Notes: generated from the letters alone by a model not told the origin. 64,000 nt of DNA from Cytophagales bacterium (GCA_025358885.1 JANYHW010000006.1:27-64026); one strand, 5' to 3'. Numbered from the stretch's first letter, positions 1 through 10,886 are shown. Made by a program: numbers and translations.

Positions 1-200
1 GATTCAATTTCATTCAACAATTTTGGTTGTACCGTTTTGGAGCGACTACTTTCCTGTCGCCAGTCATTCTTTGCGCCTTCAGAGCTCACCACTTCTTCCA
101 CGAACGAATTCCATGTTCCGCAGGATGGACATTTGCCAAGCCATTTCGGAGCCTCATAGCCGCAGCTTTGACAGAAGAATTGAGATTTTGTTTTGGACAT
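1..200 (-). CDS. radA: DNA repair protein RadA/Sms, N-terminal part (runs off the window)
   Basis: Manual translation from ATG at 200: MSKTKSQFFCQSCGYEAPKWLGKCPSCGTWNSFVEE, the characteristic C4 zinc finger. Not in the ORF track because it is truncated. Confidence 0.93.
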   Translation of the reverse strand, partial: MSKTKSQFFCQSCGYEAPKWLGKCPSCGTWNSFVEEVVSSEGAKNDWRQESSRSKTVQPKLLNEIE

Positions 201-217
201 TGAGAAAAGTGAAGAAT

Positions 218-225
218 CAAAAGTA
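218..225 (-). promoter_or_regulatory. Bacteroidota -7 promoter element TACTTTTG for radA
   Basis: Exact TAnnTTTG match 17 nt upstream of the radA ATG. Confidence 0.55.
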
Positions 226-291
226 ATCTTACACAACGATAGAAAATGATTTTGTGAATCTCTATACGACTTCAGACGGGTAATCAAGACA

Positions 292-1098
292 TTATTTTAG
301 CGGACTATCCGTCTCTTTTGCAAGCGTGTTGTAAACAATTCTATCCATCATACCGGGGATCCATTTATTAAGGAACACGGCAAGTTTGCCCTGGGCAGTC
401 AGCACAATGATTTTTTTTCTTTTTACGGTGGCGCGGTAGATATGATCGGCGCACTCTTCTGCAGACATCATTTCATTTTCATTTCTGGGTGAATCACCCT
501 GAAGCGATCCATCCTTTGTCAGGGAGCGTTTCCGGATATTCGATGTAGTAAAACCCGGGCATGCTGTCAGGACATGGACTCCTTTCTTTAGCATTTCAGT
601 TCTGAGTACCTCCAGGAAGCCATTCAATGCAAATTTTGAAGCAGAATATCCAGTACGACCGGGCAGCCCGCGATAGCCAGCTACGGAGGAGATGCCAATG
701 ATGGATCCTTTGTTCTTTAGGATTTCAGGAAGACAAGACTTGGTAGCGTAAAGGACTCCAAAAAAATTGATGTCCATTACCCTTTTAACCACCTCCATAT
801 CTACGTCTTCGAAGAGCGCCCTCATGGTAATGCCGGCATTGTTAATTAAAATATCAATCCTGCCAAAAACACGCATCGCCTCCGCAGCCATTTTGCGGTT
901 ATCTTCCTCGAGGCTTACATCGGCTTGAAAACTCAAAGCATCAATGCCTTTTTGCCGGAGTTCAACAACGGCTTGGGTTAAGTCGGGTTGATTTCGCCCG
1001 GTGATCAGTACTTTTGATCCGCGACTTCCGAACGCCTCAGCCAATGCCTTACCAATGCCTGAGGACCCTCCGGTAATAATGACAACCTTGTCCTTCAT
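292..1098 (-). CDS. Short-chain dehydrogenase/reductase (SDR family)
   Basis: TGGSSGIG, NNAG and YSASK motifs. Start reassigned to MKDKVV (1098); TACATTTG lies at 1115-1122. Confidence 0.9.
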   Translation of the reverse strand: MKDKVVIITGGSSGIGKALAEAFGSRGSKVLITGRNQPDLTQAVVELRQKGIDALSFQADVSLEEDNRKMAAEAMRVFGRIDILINNAGITMRALFEDVDMEVVKRVMDINFFGVLYATKSCLPEILKNKGSIIGISSVAGYRGLPGRTGYSASKFALNGFLEVLRTEMLKKGVHVLTACPGFTTSNIRKRSLTKDGSLQGDSPRNENEMMSAEECADHIYRATVKRKKIIVLTAQGKLAVFLNKWIPGMMDRIVYNTLAKETDSPLK

Positions 1099-1114
1099 GA
1101 TAATCTCGTTGCGC

Positions 1115-1145
1115 CAAATGTAATTAAAACATTCGCGTAATTTTG
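1115..1145. promoter_or_regulatory. Divergent pair of -7 elements (TACATTTG on -, 1115-1122; TAATTTTG on +, 1138-1145)
   Basis: Two exact TAnnTTTG matches in the 52-bp gap between divergent genes. Confidence 0.6.
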
Positions 1146-1150
1146 CCGAC

Positions 1151-2026
1151 ATGTTTCTGCTCCGCCTTCTCTCCCGCCTTCCGCTAGGAGCATTGTACAT
1201 TATTTCGGACACTCTTTTTCTTTTTGGCTATTACATTATTCGATACAGGAGGAAAGTGGTAAGCAAGAATCTAAGAAATTCATTCCCGGAGAAGTCAGAT
1301 GCCGATTTGCACCGGATCGAAAAGGACTTCTATCACAATTTATGTGACTATCCGATTGAAACCTTAAAACTTATGACCATGTCAAAGGAAGAGGTTAAGA
1401 AAAGAATGACCTATACGAACCCGCAGGTGATTGAGTCTCTTGCCGCCCAAGGCAAGTCGATGATGTACCTCACCTCTCACCAATTTAACTGGGAATGGCT
1501 GTTGGCTGGAGTTTGCTTGAACACCAGCCCTCAGCTGTATTATGTGTATCAGGCGCAGAGCTCCGAATTTTTTGATCGGTTTTCAAATATTATTCGAATG
1601 AGATTTGGAGCGCAACCCATCAAACGGGAAAAAGTTGGGCGCGAAGCAATTAGGAAGAAGGGAACACTCCATGCTCTTGCTCTCCTGGCCGATCAGTTCC
1701 CGGGGCTCGACCACGACAAACGGTACTGGACTGGATTTTTGAATCAGGATACTGCATTTTTCCAGGGAATCAACCAATTGGCGATCATGACCCAGTATCC
1801 GGTAATTTTCTTTGTAAGCAGGAAAATAAAAAGGGGTTATTACGAAAACGAGCTCATCAAAATTGCTGATCCACCCTATGACAAGAATTCACTAAGCATC
1901 ATTGAGAACTATGTGAAAGCCACAGAAAAGATTATCCATGAACAACCGGAAGGTTGGCTTTGGTCGCACGATAGGTGGAAGAGTTCGCGGTCTGAAATGG
2001 GAGACGATAAAAGAGCAAAAACCTAG
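1151..2026 (+). CDS. Lipid A biosynthesis lauroyl/myristoyl acyltransferase (LpxL/HtrB family)
   Basis: N-terminal membrane anchor, HQFNWE (H-x4-D/E) motif, LADQ and FLNQDT blocks. Confidence 0.88.
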   Translation: MFLLRLLSRLPLGALYIISDTLFLFGYYIIRYRRKVVSKNLRNSFPEKSDADLHRIEKDFYHNLCDYPIETLKLMTMSKEEVKKRMTYTNPQVIESLAAQGKSMMYLTSHQFNWEWLLAGVCLNTSPQLYYVYQAQSSEFFDRFSNIIRMRFGAQPIKREKVGREAIRKKGTLHALALLADQFPGLDHDKRYWTGFLNQDTAFFQGINQLAIMTQYPVIFFVSRKIKRGYYENELIKIADPPYDKNSLSIIENYVKATEKIIHEQPEGWLWSHDRWKSSRSEMGDDKRAKT

Positions 2027-4974
2027 TTCAGGATCATTTCAATGTCTTCGCGTGTCAATGATTTGACAATACTTTCTTCGGTGCTGATCAGGTTTTCTGA
2101 AAGTCTGAGTTTGTGCTTCTGGAGTTGTAGTATTTTTTCCTCAACGGTATTTCGCGTAATGAATTTATAGGTAAAGACTTTTTTCTTTTGACCAATCCTG
2201 TGCGCCCGATCGATGGCCTGTTGTTCGACGGCCGGATTCCACCAGGGGTCGAGAATAAACACATAGTCAGCCTCTGTGAGGTTGAGGCCGAGTCCACCGG
2301 CCTTAATAGAGATAAGGAAAATCTTAAGATTGGGATCTTTATTGAATTTTTCCACCTGGTCCTTGCGGTCCATACTCGAGCCGTCCAGATAAGCGAAGTC
2401 AATCTTTTTCGACTTCAGAAATTCTTTAACTATCTCGAGATGTTTTACAAACTGGCTGAAGATTAAAAGTTTATGGCCTTCTAGGAGGGCATTTTCAATC
2501 ATGTGGGAGAGGTCCTCCAATTTTCCGGAATCTCCTTTATAGTGTGTGTCCACCATGCGCGGATGGTTGGATAGCTGGCGCAATCTGGTGAGGCCTTCCA
2601 GGATGGTGATGCGAGAATTGCTCAGCCCCTCTTTTTCTATCAGGTCAAGGATCTTGTGACGATAGAATGATTTTGCCTCCTCGTATTTCTCTTCCTGCGC
2701 CGGAGACAGGTTTGTATAATAGATGTTTTCAACTTTTTCAGGCAGGTCTGTAGCTACCTGTGATTTTAGTCTTCTGAGTATAAAAGGTTTAATGACGGAA
2801 TTCAATTTTTTGGTCTTTGCTTCATCATGGCGTTTTTCAATGGGCACCTGATACTCATTCTTGAAAAAAGTCTGACCGCCAAGCAGTCCCGGATTGATGA
2901 AGGTCATCTGGGACCATAAATCCAGCGTTGTGTTTTCCAACGGAGTTCCCGTAAGAGTCAGTTTGAACCGCGATTTTAACTGTAGGACAGCTTTGGCAAT
3001 GTTGGATGTCGGATTCTTGATCACCTGCGACTCATCAAGAATTATGTAGTTGAAATAGAACTTTTGTAGTGATTCAATATCAAGCCTTGTAATGCCATAT
3101 GAGGTGAGCACCACATCATATTTACTGAAACGATCAATATCCTTATTCCTATTGGTTCCCGTGTAGGTGAGAATCTTGAGGCCGGGTGTGAATTTCGCGG
3201 CCTCCATCTCCCAATTGTACAGCAGGGAAGTGGGCATAATGAGCAAGGAGGTTCCTGCGTTTCCTTTTTCCTTTTCAGATTGCAGGAGGGTAAGAGCCTG
3301 AACAGTTTTCCCCAATCCCATGTCGTCCGCGAGACATCCGCCCAATCGAAATTCATTCAGGAACCTCAGCCAATTGTATCCGGCCTTTTGATAAGGACGA
3401 AGTTGACCATGGAAACCGGCCGGCAGAGGGTAGTCCTTGATGCCTGTAAAGTTTTCAAGATTTCGGAGGCGGTCACTCATATGAACCTTGGCCAGATTTC
3501 CTTCCTGAAGTTCTTTTACAAGGTTCAGGTGGTATTTATGCAGGACAGGTTTTTCATTTGAGCCATGGGTTTCGCTCATTGCGAATAGATCGCCATACTT
3601 GATTAGCCATGCTTCTGGGATAATGGCGATCTCGCCGTTGGGGAGCTTGAATTCCACCTTCTTTCTCAGGATGAGTTTACGCAACTCCTTGAAGGAGATC
3701 TCATATTCACCAAACCTTATCTTGGCATGGATATCAAACCAGTCAATGCTCTCTTTGACCTCGAGTTCGATGACGGCTTTCCCCACAAAATATTTCTTGT
3801 CCCGGTTGTCGGGCTGGCTCACTTCGAATCCGAAGTTCAGGAGGTTTACCCGATTCTCATTGATCCATGAGAATGCATGAGCCTTGTCTACTGCCGTCCG
3901 ATAGTTTCCTCCAAGGGGGAGTCCAAGCTTCATCAACGTGAGGGCATATTGTTTTTCGGCGCCTATGTCACGTTTGATGCGGTGAAAGATGTAGTCATTT
4001 TCTTTCTTCTCGAGGGTAACATTCACGTCTCCAAACGCATCCCCACGAAACCGGTATTTTCCGTATTTGAATGACAAGTCAAATACGATTTTTCCCGCTT
4101 CATCATTGCTCGGTTTTTCTTCGGGATGTTCCGCAAAGAGTATGGATATTTCCTTCGTATTGGCCGGAGGAAGCTCTGAAATGGTGAGCAGGGGATGAGG
4201 CTCGTACGTGTTTTTTACGATTTCAAATCCTTTGACTTCGATGTCCTCAAAGGATGCAATGAGTGAGGTTATGAAGTTGTTATAATAATTTTCTTCCAGA
4301 TTTTTAGGAATGACAATGCTCTGCCGAGTAAGGAAGGGGTTGAGCTTCTTGCCATCAACGGGCTTATCGAATCCGTAGAGCTTTCCATTGACCACGACCC
4401 ATGCAGGGTTTTTGCAAACCATGTAAGCCGCCGAGGTCGGTATTTCAACTTTTTCACCATCGAATGTAATCGTAGGATAATAGGTGGTGCTTTCGTTGGT
4501 TCGGATGAAATGAAATTGAACGTTCGCCCGCCGCTCCATTACCTCTAACTTCCGCCACGTAGGCTCACCATCATTGCCCATTTCGAAAAGTCTTTTCCCT
4601 TTCATTTTCTCCAGCACCGCCGCCCGCCGCTTTTCCATGTACACCTCAATCTGCTCTTGCAATAGTCTTTCTTCACCCTTGTCCTTCTTAAATACCTTCA
4701 CAAAGAACTCATCAGGTTTCATGATCTTCTTCGAGAAATGACGAAGCACTGCATCCTGATTCATGCTGTCCATGAGGTCGATAAGTTCAAAGTCACGGTC
4801 GTCAAGGCCCTTGGCAAACTCCCTGGCATTTTTAGAAGAAATATTCTGGTGCTGGTACGTAAGTTTCCCCTTTTCATCCAGTCTAACGATGAAAGCTTCA
4901 AAAACATAGCCCAGGTACTCGTGTTGAAACAGCGAGTAGATCAACTGAAACGGCTGTGCTGCCGAGACTTTCAT
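2023..4974 (-). CDS. SNF2-family DEAD/DEAH-box helicase/ATPase
   Basis: LADDMGLGKT, ILDESQ, LTGTP, DPWWNP and QAIDRAHRIGQ motifs. Confidence 0.93.
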   Translation of the reverse strand: MKVSAAQPFQLIYSLFQHEYLGYVFEAFIVRLDEKGKLTYQHQNISSKNAREFAKGLDDRDFELIDLMDSMNQDAVLRHFSKKIMKPDEFFVKVFKKDKGEERLLQEQIEVYMEKRRAAVLEKMKGKRLFEMGNDGEPTWRKLEVMERRANVQFHFIRTNESTTYYPTITFDGEKVEIPTSAAYMVCKNPAWVVVNGKLYGFDKPVDGKKLNPFLTRQSIVIPKNLEENYYNNFITSLIASFEDIEVKGFEIVKNTYEPHPLLTISELPPANTKEISILFAEHPEEKPSNDEAGKIVFDLSFKYGKYRFRGDAFGDVNVTLEKKENDYIFHRIKRDIGAEKQYALTLMKLGLPLGGNYRTAVDKAHAFSWINENRVNLLNFGFEVSQPDNRDKKYFVGKAVIELEVKESIDWFDIHAKIRFGEYEISFKELRKLILRKKVEFKLPNGEIAIIPEAWLIKYGDLFAMSETHGSNEKPVLHKYHLNLVKELQEGNLAKVHMSDRLRNLENFTGIKDYPLPAGFHGQLRPYQKAGYNWLRFLNEFRLGGCLADDMGLGKTVQALTLLQSEKEKGNAGTSLLIMPTSLLYNWEMEAAKFTPGLKILTYTGTNRNKDIDRFSKYDVVLTSYGITRLDIESLQKFYFNYIILDESQVIKNPTSNIAKAVLQLKSRFKLTLTGTPLENTTLDLWSQMTFINPGLLGGQTFFKNEYQVPIEKRHDEAKTKKLNSVIKPFILRRLKSQVATDLPEKVENIYYTNLSPAQEEKYEEAKSFYRHKILDLIEKEGLSNSRITILEGLTRLRQLSNHPRMVDTHYKGDSGKLEDLSHMIENALLEGHKLLIFSQFVKHLEIVKEFLKSKKIDFAYLDGSSMDRKDQVEKFNKDPNLKIFLISIKAGGLGLNLTEADYVFILDPWWNPAVEQQAIDRAHRIGQKKKVFTYKFITRNTVEEKILQLQKHKLRLSENLISTEESIVKSLTREDIEMILN

Positions 4975-5114
4975 AGCTAATTTGGGCTAAAAACAACGCT
5001 TTTCGACATAAGAGAGGCAACCGAAAGGGGTTTTCTCACTTTTCGGAAAAAGCAGAATTGCAAAATAGGTAAACTTTCGAGAAGATTTCTTGCGTTTTAC
5101 CCTGAAACCTTACA

Positions 5115-6335
5115 TTACAAGTGGTCTATGGAGTAGGATCTTGCTGCGAGAATCGCAGGCCTGAAGGAAACGATAAGGGCTACACCGATAATAACTGTAG
5201 AGGTGAGTAGAAAATCAGTGACTTCCATTTTCACAGGATAGTTATTGACAATGGCCTGATCCATGCCCATGCCCACAAGTCCAACGGTGTCCTGCAAGAA
5301 GCACAGGATTGCCCCCAATACAAGTCCGGCGCTTGCGCCGATAAATGAAATGAGGGCACCTTCTGCAAGAAATACTTTCCTTACAAAAAGTGGTGTAGCA
5401 CCGAGCGCGGTAAGGATGCTGACGTCTTTTTTCTTATCGATCGCCAGCATCATAAGAGAAAAGAAAATGTTGATGGAGCCGATGAGCAACAGGAGAGACA
5501 AGGAAAGAAAGGCAAACAGTTTTTCAAATTTCAACAACCTGAAGAGATCTTTATGTTGTTCTTCATTTGTTAACACAACAAAATCAGCGCCAAGTTTCTC
5601 CAGAAGCCCTTGCTTCACCTTGTCGACATCTTTACCATCGGTCTGAACTTCAAGGGAGGTACGCCGGTTGCCATAACCCATAAGTTCGTTCGCAAAAATC
5701 AGCGGGACGAAAATGTAGTTTTCATTTAGATTCTTCTCGATCGAGAAAACTGATCCGGGACGAATACTTTTTCGCGCATACACCTTCGATGGGTCCAGGG
5801 ATCGCGTCTTAGCATTCTTGATGTAGAAGACCTGCAACGCATGCATGTCATCGGTCACATCTGCCGAGAGCGTATAACGCAGCCCGTCCCCGAGGATGGC
5901 AAAGGGGACACTATCCTTCATCAATTTCAATTCGCCCTCCACGACATGTTCGTCAAGGCGATGCTGGTCAAGAAAATTGTCACTCATTCCTTTGATCGTG
6001 ACAACTGTATTTGCACTTCCATAACTCACATAAGCATAATCTTCTATAACCTCCGTCACGATTTTTACTCCCTCCACAGACTTTACAGAAGACAGAAAAT
6101 CTTCACTTACTTCGAAGGACTTACCCCTTAACAATTCAATTTTAAGTTCAGGATCGAAAGAAGTATAAAGGGAGCGGAGTAATACACCCAATCCGTTGAA
6201 GACAGATAGAACAATGATGAGGGCTGCCGTGGTGAAGGCCACGCCAGCCATAGACAAAAGAGAAATGATGTTGATAAAATTCTTCTTGCGCTTGGAGAGA
6301 AAATAACGCCTGGCGATGAAGAAGGGGAGATTCAT
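5115..6335 (-). CDS. LolC/E (FtsX-like) ABC transporter permease
   Basis: ARRYF N-terminus, large periplasmic loop, three C-terminal TM helices, ILTALGAT motif. Confidence 0.85.
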   Translation of the reverse strand: MNLPFFIARRYFLSKRKKNFINIISLLSMAGVAFTTAALIIVLSVFNGLGVLLRSLYTSFDPELKIELLRGKSFEVSEDFLSSVKSVEGVKIVTEVIEDYAYVSYGSANTVVTIKGMSDNFLDQHRLDEHVVEGELKLMKDSVPFAILGDGLRYTLSADVTDDMHALQVFYIKNAKTRSLDPSKVYARKSIRPGSVFSIEKNLNENYIFVPLIFANELMGYGNRRTSLEVQTDGKDVDKVKQGLLEKLGADFVVLTNEEQHKDLFRLLKFEKLFAFLSLSLLLLIGSINIFFSLMMLAIDKKKDVSILTALGATPLFVRKVFLAEGALISFIGASAGLVLGAILCFLQDTVGLVGMGMDQAIVNNYPVKMEVTDFLLTSTVIIGVALIVSFRPAILAARSYSIDHL

Positions 6336-6337
6336 GC

Positions 6338-6706
6338 CTATTGCTGTTCTGTGGGGGGGATATTCAGGCTTTTTATCAGATCATCCATTCGTTGAGCGTT
6401 CTCCTCTATCTCATCATGGAAGAATGCCAGTTCAGGAACGATCCGCGCCTGGTTCCGTATCCGTGCTCCCAATGCCTTTCGGATTTCCTTTTTGTGCAAG
6501 TCCAGCTTGACCAGAAATCCCTTTTTGTCTTTTACCAGTTGCATGCCGATGTACACCCTGGCGACACTTAAGTCCGGACTTACCCGCACATCCATGATCG
6601 TGATGAATTCATTTCCAAGAAGACCCCGCTGATCGCGTTGAAAGATATCACTGAGTTCTTTTAATATCAGCCTTCCAAACTTTTGCTGTCGCACCGTTCC
6701 ACTCAT
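6338..6706 (-). CDS. rbfA: Ribosome-binding factor A
   Basis: RVSPDLSVARVY and RIVPELAFFHD motifs. Confidence 0.93.
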   Translation of the reverse strand: MSGTVRQQKFGRLILKELSDIFQRDQRGLLGNEFITIMDVRVSPDLSVARVYIGMQLVKDKKGFLVKLDLHKKEIRKALGARIRNQARIVPELAFFHDEIEENAQRMDDLIKSLNIPPTEQQ

Positions 6707-6825
6707 GGAGTAAAGGTAAGAAAGTCGTGGGTTAATCGCGGATATCGCCTGGGGTTGTCTATACTTTTTAGCGCCCGTCAGACCCTTAACAATTTTTTGT
6801 TATTTGCATCAAATATGAATCTTTC

Positions 6826-8217
6826 GTGCTCCGCTATTTTCGAATAAACGATCCCTACCGACTTATTATCCTGTTTGTCCTGCTGATCCTTGCAGGTCTT
6901 CCTTTTCTAATTGATTTGCCAGCCGTGACCCTACAGGAGCTAAAAGGCATGGTATTGGGCGAGATGATGGGAGACAAGATTCTTTATGTCGAAATCGTAG
7001 ATAACACCTCGCCGATGATGGCCATGGCTGAGGGTGCATTGAATTTTATATTCGGAAGGTCTTTGCTTGGTCGCCACATCCTTGCGTTGGTGATTATCTT
7101 TTTCCAGGCTTCATACTTTGGCATCTTGCTCATCAACAATAAGGCCTACAACGATAACAGCTATGTGCCTGCTCTGGTATTTGGTTTTTTGTGCTTTTTC
7201 TCGTTTGATATGCTGGCCGTTACACCGGAGCTGCTGGCATCCACACTTTTGCTATTGGCGCTGAACAATCTATTTAAAGAGATTGAGTTCAGGGTCGATC
7301 GTGACTCCATCGTTCTTAATCTTGGTGTTTTTCTAGGCCTGGCCTCCCTCTTCATTTTTTCATACATCATCTTTTTGTTTGGCTCAATTCTCATCCTGAT
7401 TGTTTTCGCCAGGGCCACCTTTCGGAAGATTTCACTTCTGATTTTTGGATTTGGTCTGGTGCATGGTGTTTTGATTACGGTCTACTATTGTTATGAGCAT
7501 GTGGAGGATCTTTGGCTCAACTTCTATGTTGCCAATTTCTCCACAGCCGGGGCGATCCTTCTGGACGACTACTCATTGTACATCCTGTTGGCGTTGCCGG
7601 CACTTTATTTTATTTTTTCCCTTTTCATGCTAACCAGGGAGGCGAGGTTTACCAAGTATCAATCGCAGCTCTTTCAAACCATCTTTGTATGGTTGATAGT
7701 TGCCATTGTCCAGGTGTATCTTACTCCAAGCAGAACTCCACATAGTCTTTTTCCCTGCTTGCCGCCATTGGCATACTTCATCAGTCATTATCTCCTCTTG
7801 ATCCGAAGGAAGGTGATTGCGGAAGGGATGTTGTGGATTCTTGTGCTTGGCTTGCTATCAATCAGTATCCTATCACGCTATAATATGCTTCATCAAGTGA
7901 ACTACATGAGGTTGTTTCCGACGCAATCAACATATGCGAGTCGGGTAGTTGACAAGAGAATCATGATCATTGGAAAAGATCCCTCTTTATTTCAGCACAA
8001 CCGGCAGTCGGGATTCTTTTTAGATTGGGACCTCTCCAAAAAATATTTTGATCAGCCGGACTACTATGAAAATATCATCAAAATAAATCAATCCTTTCTG
8101 AAGGATCCCCCTGACGTAATTATTGATGATAGTGGAGCAATGGAAGATGTCATCAAACGCATACCCGCTTTGGCTCTTCAGTATAGGAAGGATGGCGCTC
8201 TGTACTGGCGTCGCTAG
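6826..8217 (+). CDS. Polytopic membrane protein (DUF6427-like; possibly GT-C fold)
   Basis: About 11 hydrophobic segments plus a C-terminal soluble domain; starts at GTG. Confidence 0.6.
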   Translation: MLRYFRINDPYRLIILFVLLILAGLPFLIDLPAVTLQELKGMVLGEMMGDKILYVEIVDNTSPMMAMAEGALNFIFGRSLLGRHILALVIIFFQASYFGILLINNKAYNDNSYVPALVFGFLCFFSFDMLAVTPELLASTLLLLALNNLFKEIEFRVDRDSIVLNLGVFLGLASLFIFSYIIFLFGSILILIVFARATFRKISLLIFGFGLVHGVLITVYYCYEHVEDLWLNFYVANFSTAGAILLDDYSLYILLALPALYFIFSLFMLTREARFTKYQSQLFQTIFVWLIVAIVQVYLTPSRTPHSLFPCLPPLAYFISHYLLLIRRKVIAEGMLWILVLGLLSISILSRYNMLHQVNYMRLFPTQSTYASRVVDKRIMIIGKDPSLFQHNRQSGFFLDWDLSKKYFDQPDYYENIIKINQSFLKDPPDVIIDDSGAMEDVIKRIPALALQYRKDGALYWRR

Positions 8218-8648
8218 CAGCTAACCTTATTGACCCGTTTTGCATGCCGCCCGCCCTCAAAACTTGAGTGGAGGAATCGATCAGTAATTTTTACTGCAAG
8301 TTCGGTGCTGATGTGACGAGCGGGAAGGCAAAGAATATTGGCGTCATTATGTTCCCTGGCAAGGGCTGCGAGATCCTCCTTCCAGCAAATGGCTGCCCGG
8401 ATTCCCTGGTGCTTATTGGCGGTGATGGCCACTCCATTGCCACTGCCACACACCAACAATCCAAGGTCAAACTCTTTTCTTTCTACTGCCAGCGCTACGG
8501 GGTGGGCAAAATCGGGGTAATCAACGGATTCAGTGGAAAAAGTGCCATAATCTTTGGTGATATAGCCGTTTTGCTCGAGCCATTTTTTCAAATGCTCTTT
8601 CAATTCATACCCGGCGTGGTCAGCTCCTATAGCTATTTTTTGCATCAT
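8214..8648 (-). CDS. rpiB: Ribose-5-phosphate isomerase B
   Basis: IGADHAG, CGSGNG, AREHNDAN and FEGGRH motifs. Confidence 0.95.
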   Translation of the reverse strand: MMQKIAIGADHAGYELKEHLKKWLEQNGYITKDYGTFSTESVDYPDFAHPVALAVERKEFDLGLLVCGSGNGVAITANKHQGIRAAICWKEDLAALAREHNDANILCLPARHISTELAVKITDRFLHSSFEGGRHAKRVNKVSC

Positions 8649-9493
8649 GCGGTCATCTCGTCTGCCTTCGCTTCCTGCTCCTCTTGCTTTCTCTTTTGCC
8701 GAACAACATACGCAGAGATGAAAATACTGATTTCATAAAGCAGAAACAATGGTAAAGATATCAGCACTTGACTGAGTGGATCCGGAGGAGTCACAATTGC
8801 ACCTATGATCAATATAACAATAATTGCATGACGACGGTAGGTGCGCATGAATTTGGGTGTGAGCAACCCCACCTTCGTCATAAAGTAAACAACCACGGGC
8901 AGTTGAAACAGGAGCCCACTGCCAAATACAAGGGCAACAAAGGTTGAGACGTAAGATGTAATGTCAAACTCGTTCACAATAACGTCACTGATGGAATAGG
9001 AAGCGAAAAACCAAGTCATCATGGGGCACAAGATGAAATACCCAAAAGAAATACCCAGGAGAAACAGGAAGGAAACGGCAAATACTGCACCGCTGGAATT
9101 CTGACGTTCATTTAAGCGAAGACCGGGCTTCACAAATCTCCAAATCTCCCAAAAGACATAAGGGAATGAAACAATGAACCCGATCACAAAGGCCGACAAC
9201 ACTTGCATGGTAAACTGCCCTGTCATGTACCGGCTTTGGATCTTGAATGGAAAGGCTTTGGCGCACAAGGTGTCGACGGCACCCGTAAGATGACCAAGGT
9301 CACACAGCCACTTGAAGGTGATGAAATTGATGTTGGTTGGGGCAAAAATGATATTTTGGAAAATCCATGTGGTAAAAAAGAAAGCAACCACCATACACAC
9401 CATGATCGCAGTTATGGAACGGACTATGTGCCAGCGCAATTCTTCCAGGTGGTCAAGGAAGGACATTTCTTTTTCATCACTCATATCGCTCAT
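8645..9493 (-). CDS. tatC: Twin-arginine translocase subunit TatC
   Basis: MSFLDHLEELR, FVKPGL, FQLP and TPPDP motifs. Confidence 0.95.
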   Translation of the reverse strand: MSDMSDEKEMSFLDHLEELRWHIVRSITAIMVCMVVAFFFTTWIFQNIIFAPTNINFITFKWLCDLGHLTGAVDTLCAKAFPFKIQSRYMTGQFTMQVLSAFVIGFIVSFPYVFWEIWRFVKPGLRLNERQNSSGAVFAVSFLFLLGISFGYFILCPMMTWFFASYSISDVIVNEFDITSYVSTFVALVFGSGLLFQLPVVVYFMTKVGLLTPKFMRTYRRHAIIVILIIGAIVTPPDPLSQVLISLPLFLLYEISIFISAYVVRQKRKQEEQEAKADEMTA

Positions 9494-9567
9494 ATCTATC
9501 TGCAGGCACCGAAATCCGCAGAAATGTCTGCGAAAGTCAGCGTTATCGGCGGGAAAAAAAAATTTAT

Positions 9568-10842
9568 CTACTTACCGTACAGGGGGAAACGCTTGACAAA
9601 TGTGTTCACTTTGCGTTTTACCGCCTTCAGGTGTTTTTCATCCGTGGGCTTTTTAAGGACTTCGTCGATGAGGTCTACCACCTTGACGATGTCCTTTTCC
9701 TTCATCCCGCGGGTGGTGATTGCCGGGGTCCCGATACGCATGCCCGAGGTAACCATTGGCGACTGGGTATCAAATGGCACCATGTTTTTATTGATTGTAA
9801 TGTCTGCCTTGATCAGTGATTCTTCCGCGAGTTTGCCGGTTAGGTTTTTTGAACGCAGATCAATTAGCATTAAGTGATTGTCGGTACCGCCAGAGATAAT
9901 CTTATATCCACGTTTGGTAAATTCATCGGCCATGACTTTTGCATTTTTGGCAACTTGTACAATGTAGTCCATGTACCCATCAGTAAGAGCTTCCAGAAAA
10001 GCAACTGCCTTTGCTGCGATAACGTGTTCAAGTGGTCCACCCTGAGTACCAGGGAATACACCCGAATCCAAAATGGCGGAGATTTTTCTGATCTCTCCCT
10101 TTGGCGTTTTTAATCCCCACGGATTATCGAAGTTCTTGCCAATCATGATGAGTCCTCCACGTGGTCCGCGCAATGTTTTGTGGGTGGTGGTGGTGACAAT
10201 ATGACAATGCTCCATCGGATCTGTTAACAATCCTCGTGCGATAAGGCCAGCAGGATGTGAGATGTCGGCAAGCAACAATGCGCCTACTGAATCTGCGGCC
10301 TGACGCAGTTTCTTATAATCCCAGTCGCGGCTGTAGGCGGAGGCTCCACAGATAACCATCTTTGGTTTTTCCCGCAGCGCAGTTTCAATGACTTTGTCAA
10401 AATCGATGAGTCCGGTCTCTTGTTCAACGCCATAAAAAGATGGCTGGTATAATTTGCCTGAAAAATTCACAGAGGAACCATGGGTAAGGTGCCCTCCATG
10501 TGATAAGTCAAAGCCAAGAATCTTGTCGCCTGGTTTTAGACAAGCTAGCATTACAGCAGCATTCGCCTGGGCACCGGAATGGGGTTGCACGTTTGCCCAG
10601 CTTGCACCAAAAAGTTCTTTCACCCGGTCAATGGCCAATTGCTCGATTTCATCCACCACTTCGCATCCGCCATAATATCGTTTGCCAGGAAGACCCTCTG
10701 CATATTTGTTTGTGAGCACGGTACCTTGGGCCTTCATGACCTGCTCTGAAACAAAATTTTCAGAAGCAATGAGTTCAATTCCATCCTGCTGACGGTGTTT
10801 CTCTTTTTCGATGAGGGCGAATATGACTTTGTCTTTCTTCAT
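9568..10842 (-). CDS. glyA: Serine hydroxymethyltransferase
   Basis: LIASENF, NKYAEG, GGHLTHG and TTHKTLRGP motifs. Confidence 0.98.
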   Translation of the reverse strand: MKKDKVIFALIEKEKHRQQDGIELIASENFVSEQVMKAQGTVLTNKYAEGLPGKRYYGGCEVVDEIEQLAIDRVKELFGASWANVQPHSGAQANAAVMLACLKPGDKILGFDLSHGGHLTHGSSVNFSGKLYQPSFYGVEQETGLIDFDKVIETALREKPKMVICGASAYSRDWDYKKLRQAADSVGALLLADISHPAGLIARGLLTDPMEHCHIVTTTTHKTLRGPRGGLIMIGKNFDNPWGLKTPKGEIRKISAILDSGVFPGTQGGPLEHVIAAKAVAFLEALTDGYMDYIVQVAKNAKVMADEFTKRGYKIISGGTDNHLMLIDLRSKNLTGKLAEESLIKADITINKNMVPFDTQSPMVTSGMRIGTPAITTRGMKEKDIVKVVDLIDEVLKKPTDEKHLKAVKRKVNTFVKRFPLYGK

Positions 10843-10878
10843 AGAAGGATAATGATGATTTGACTATGGATTGCGGCC

Positions 10879-10886
10879 CAAAAGTA
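10879..10886 (-). promoter_or_regulatory. -7 element TACTTTTG for glyA-tatC-rpiB
   Basis: Exact TAnnTTTG match 36 nt upstream of the glyA ATG. Confidence 0.55.

Noticed and set aside
23-226. + strand 67-aa ORF
   Set aside because: Antisense shadow of the radA N-terminus.
10843-10880. ZTP riboswitch upstream of glyA
   Set aside because: The predicted UTR is only about 30 nt and shows no motif.
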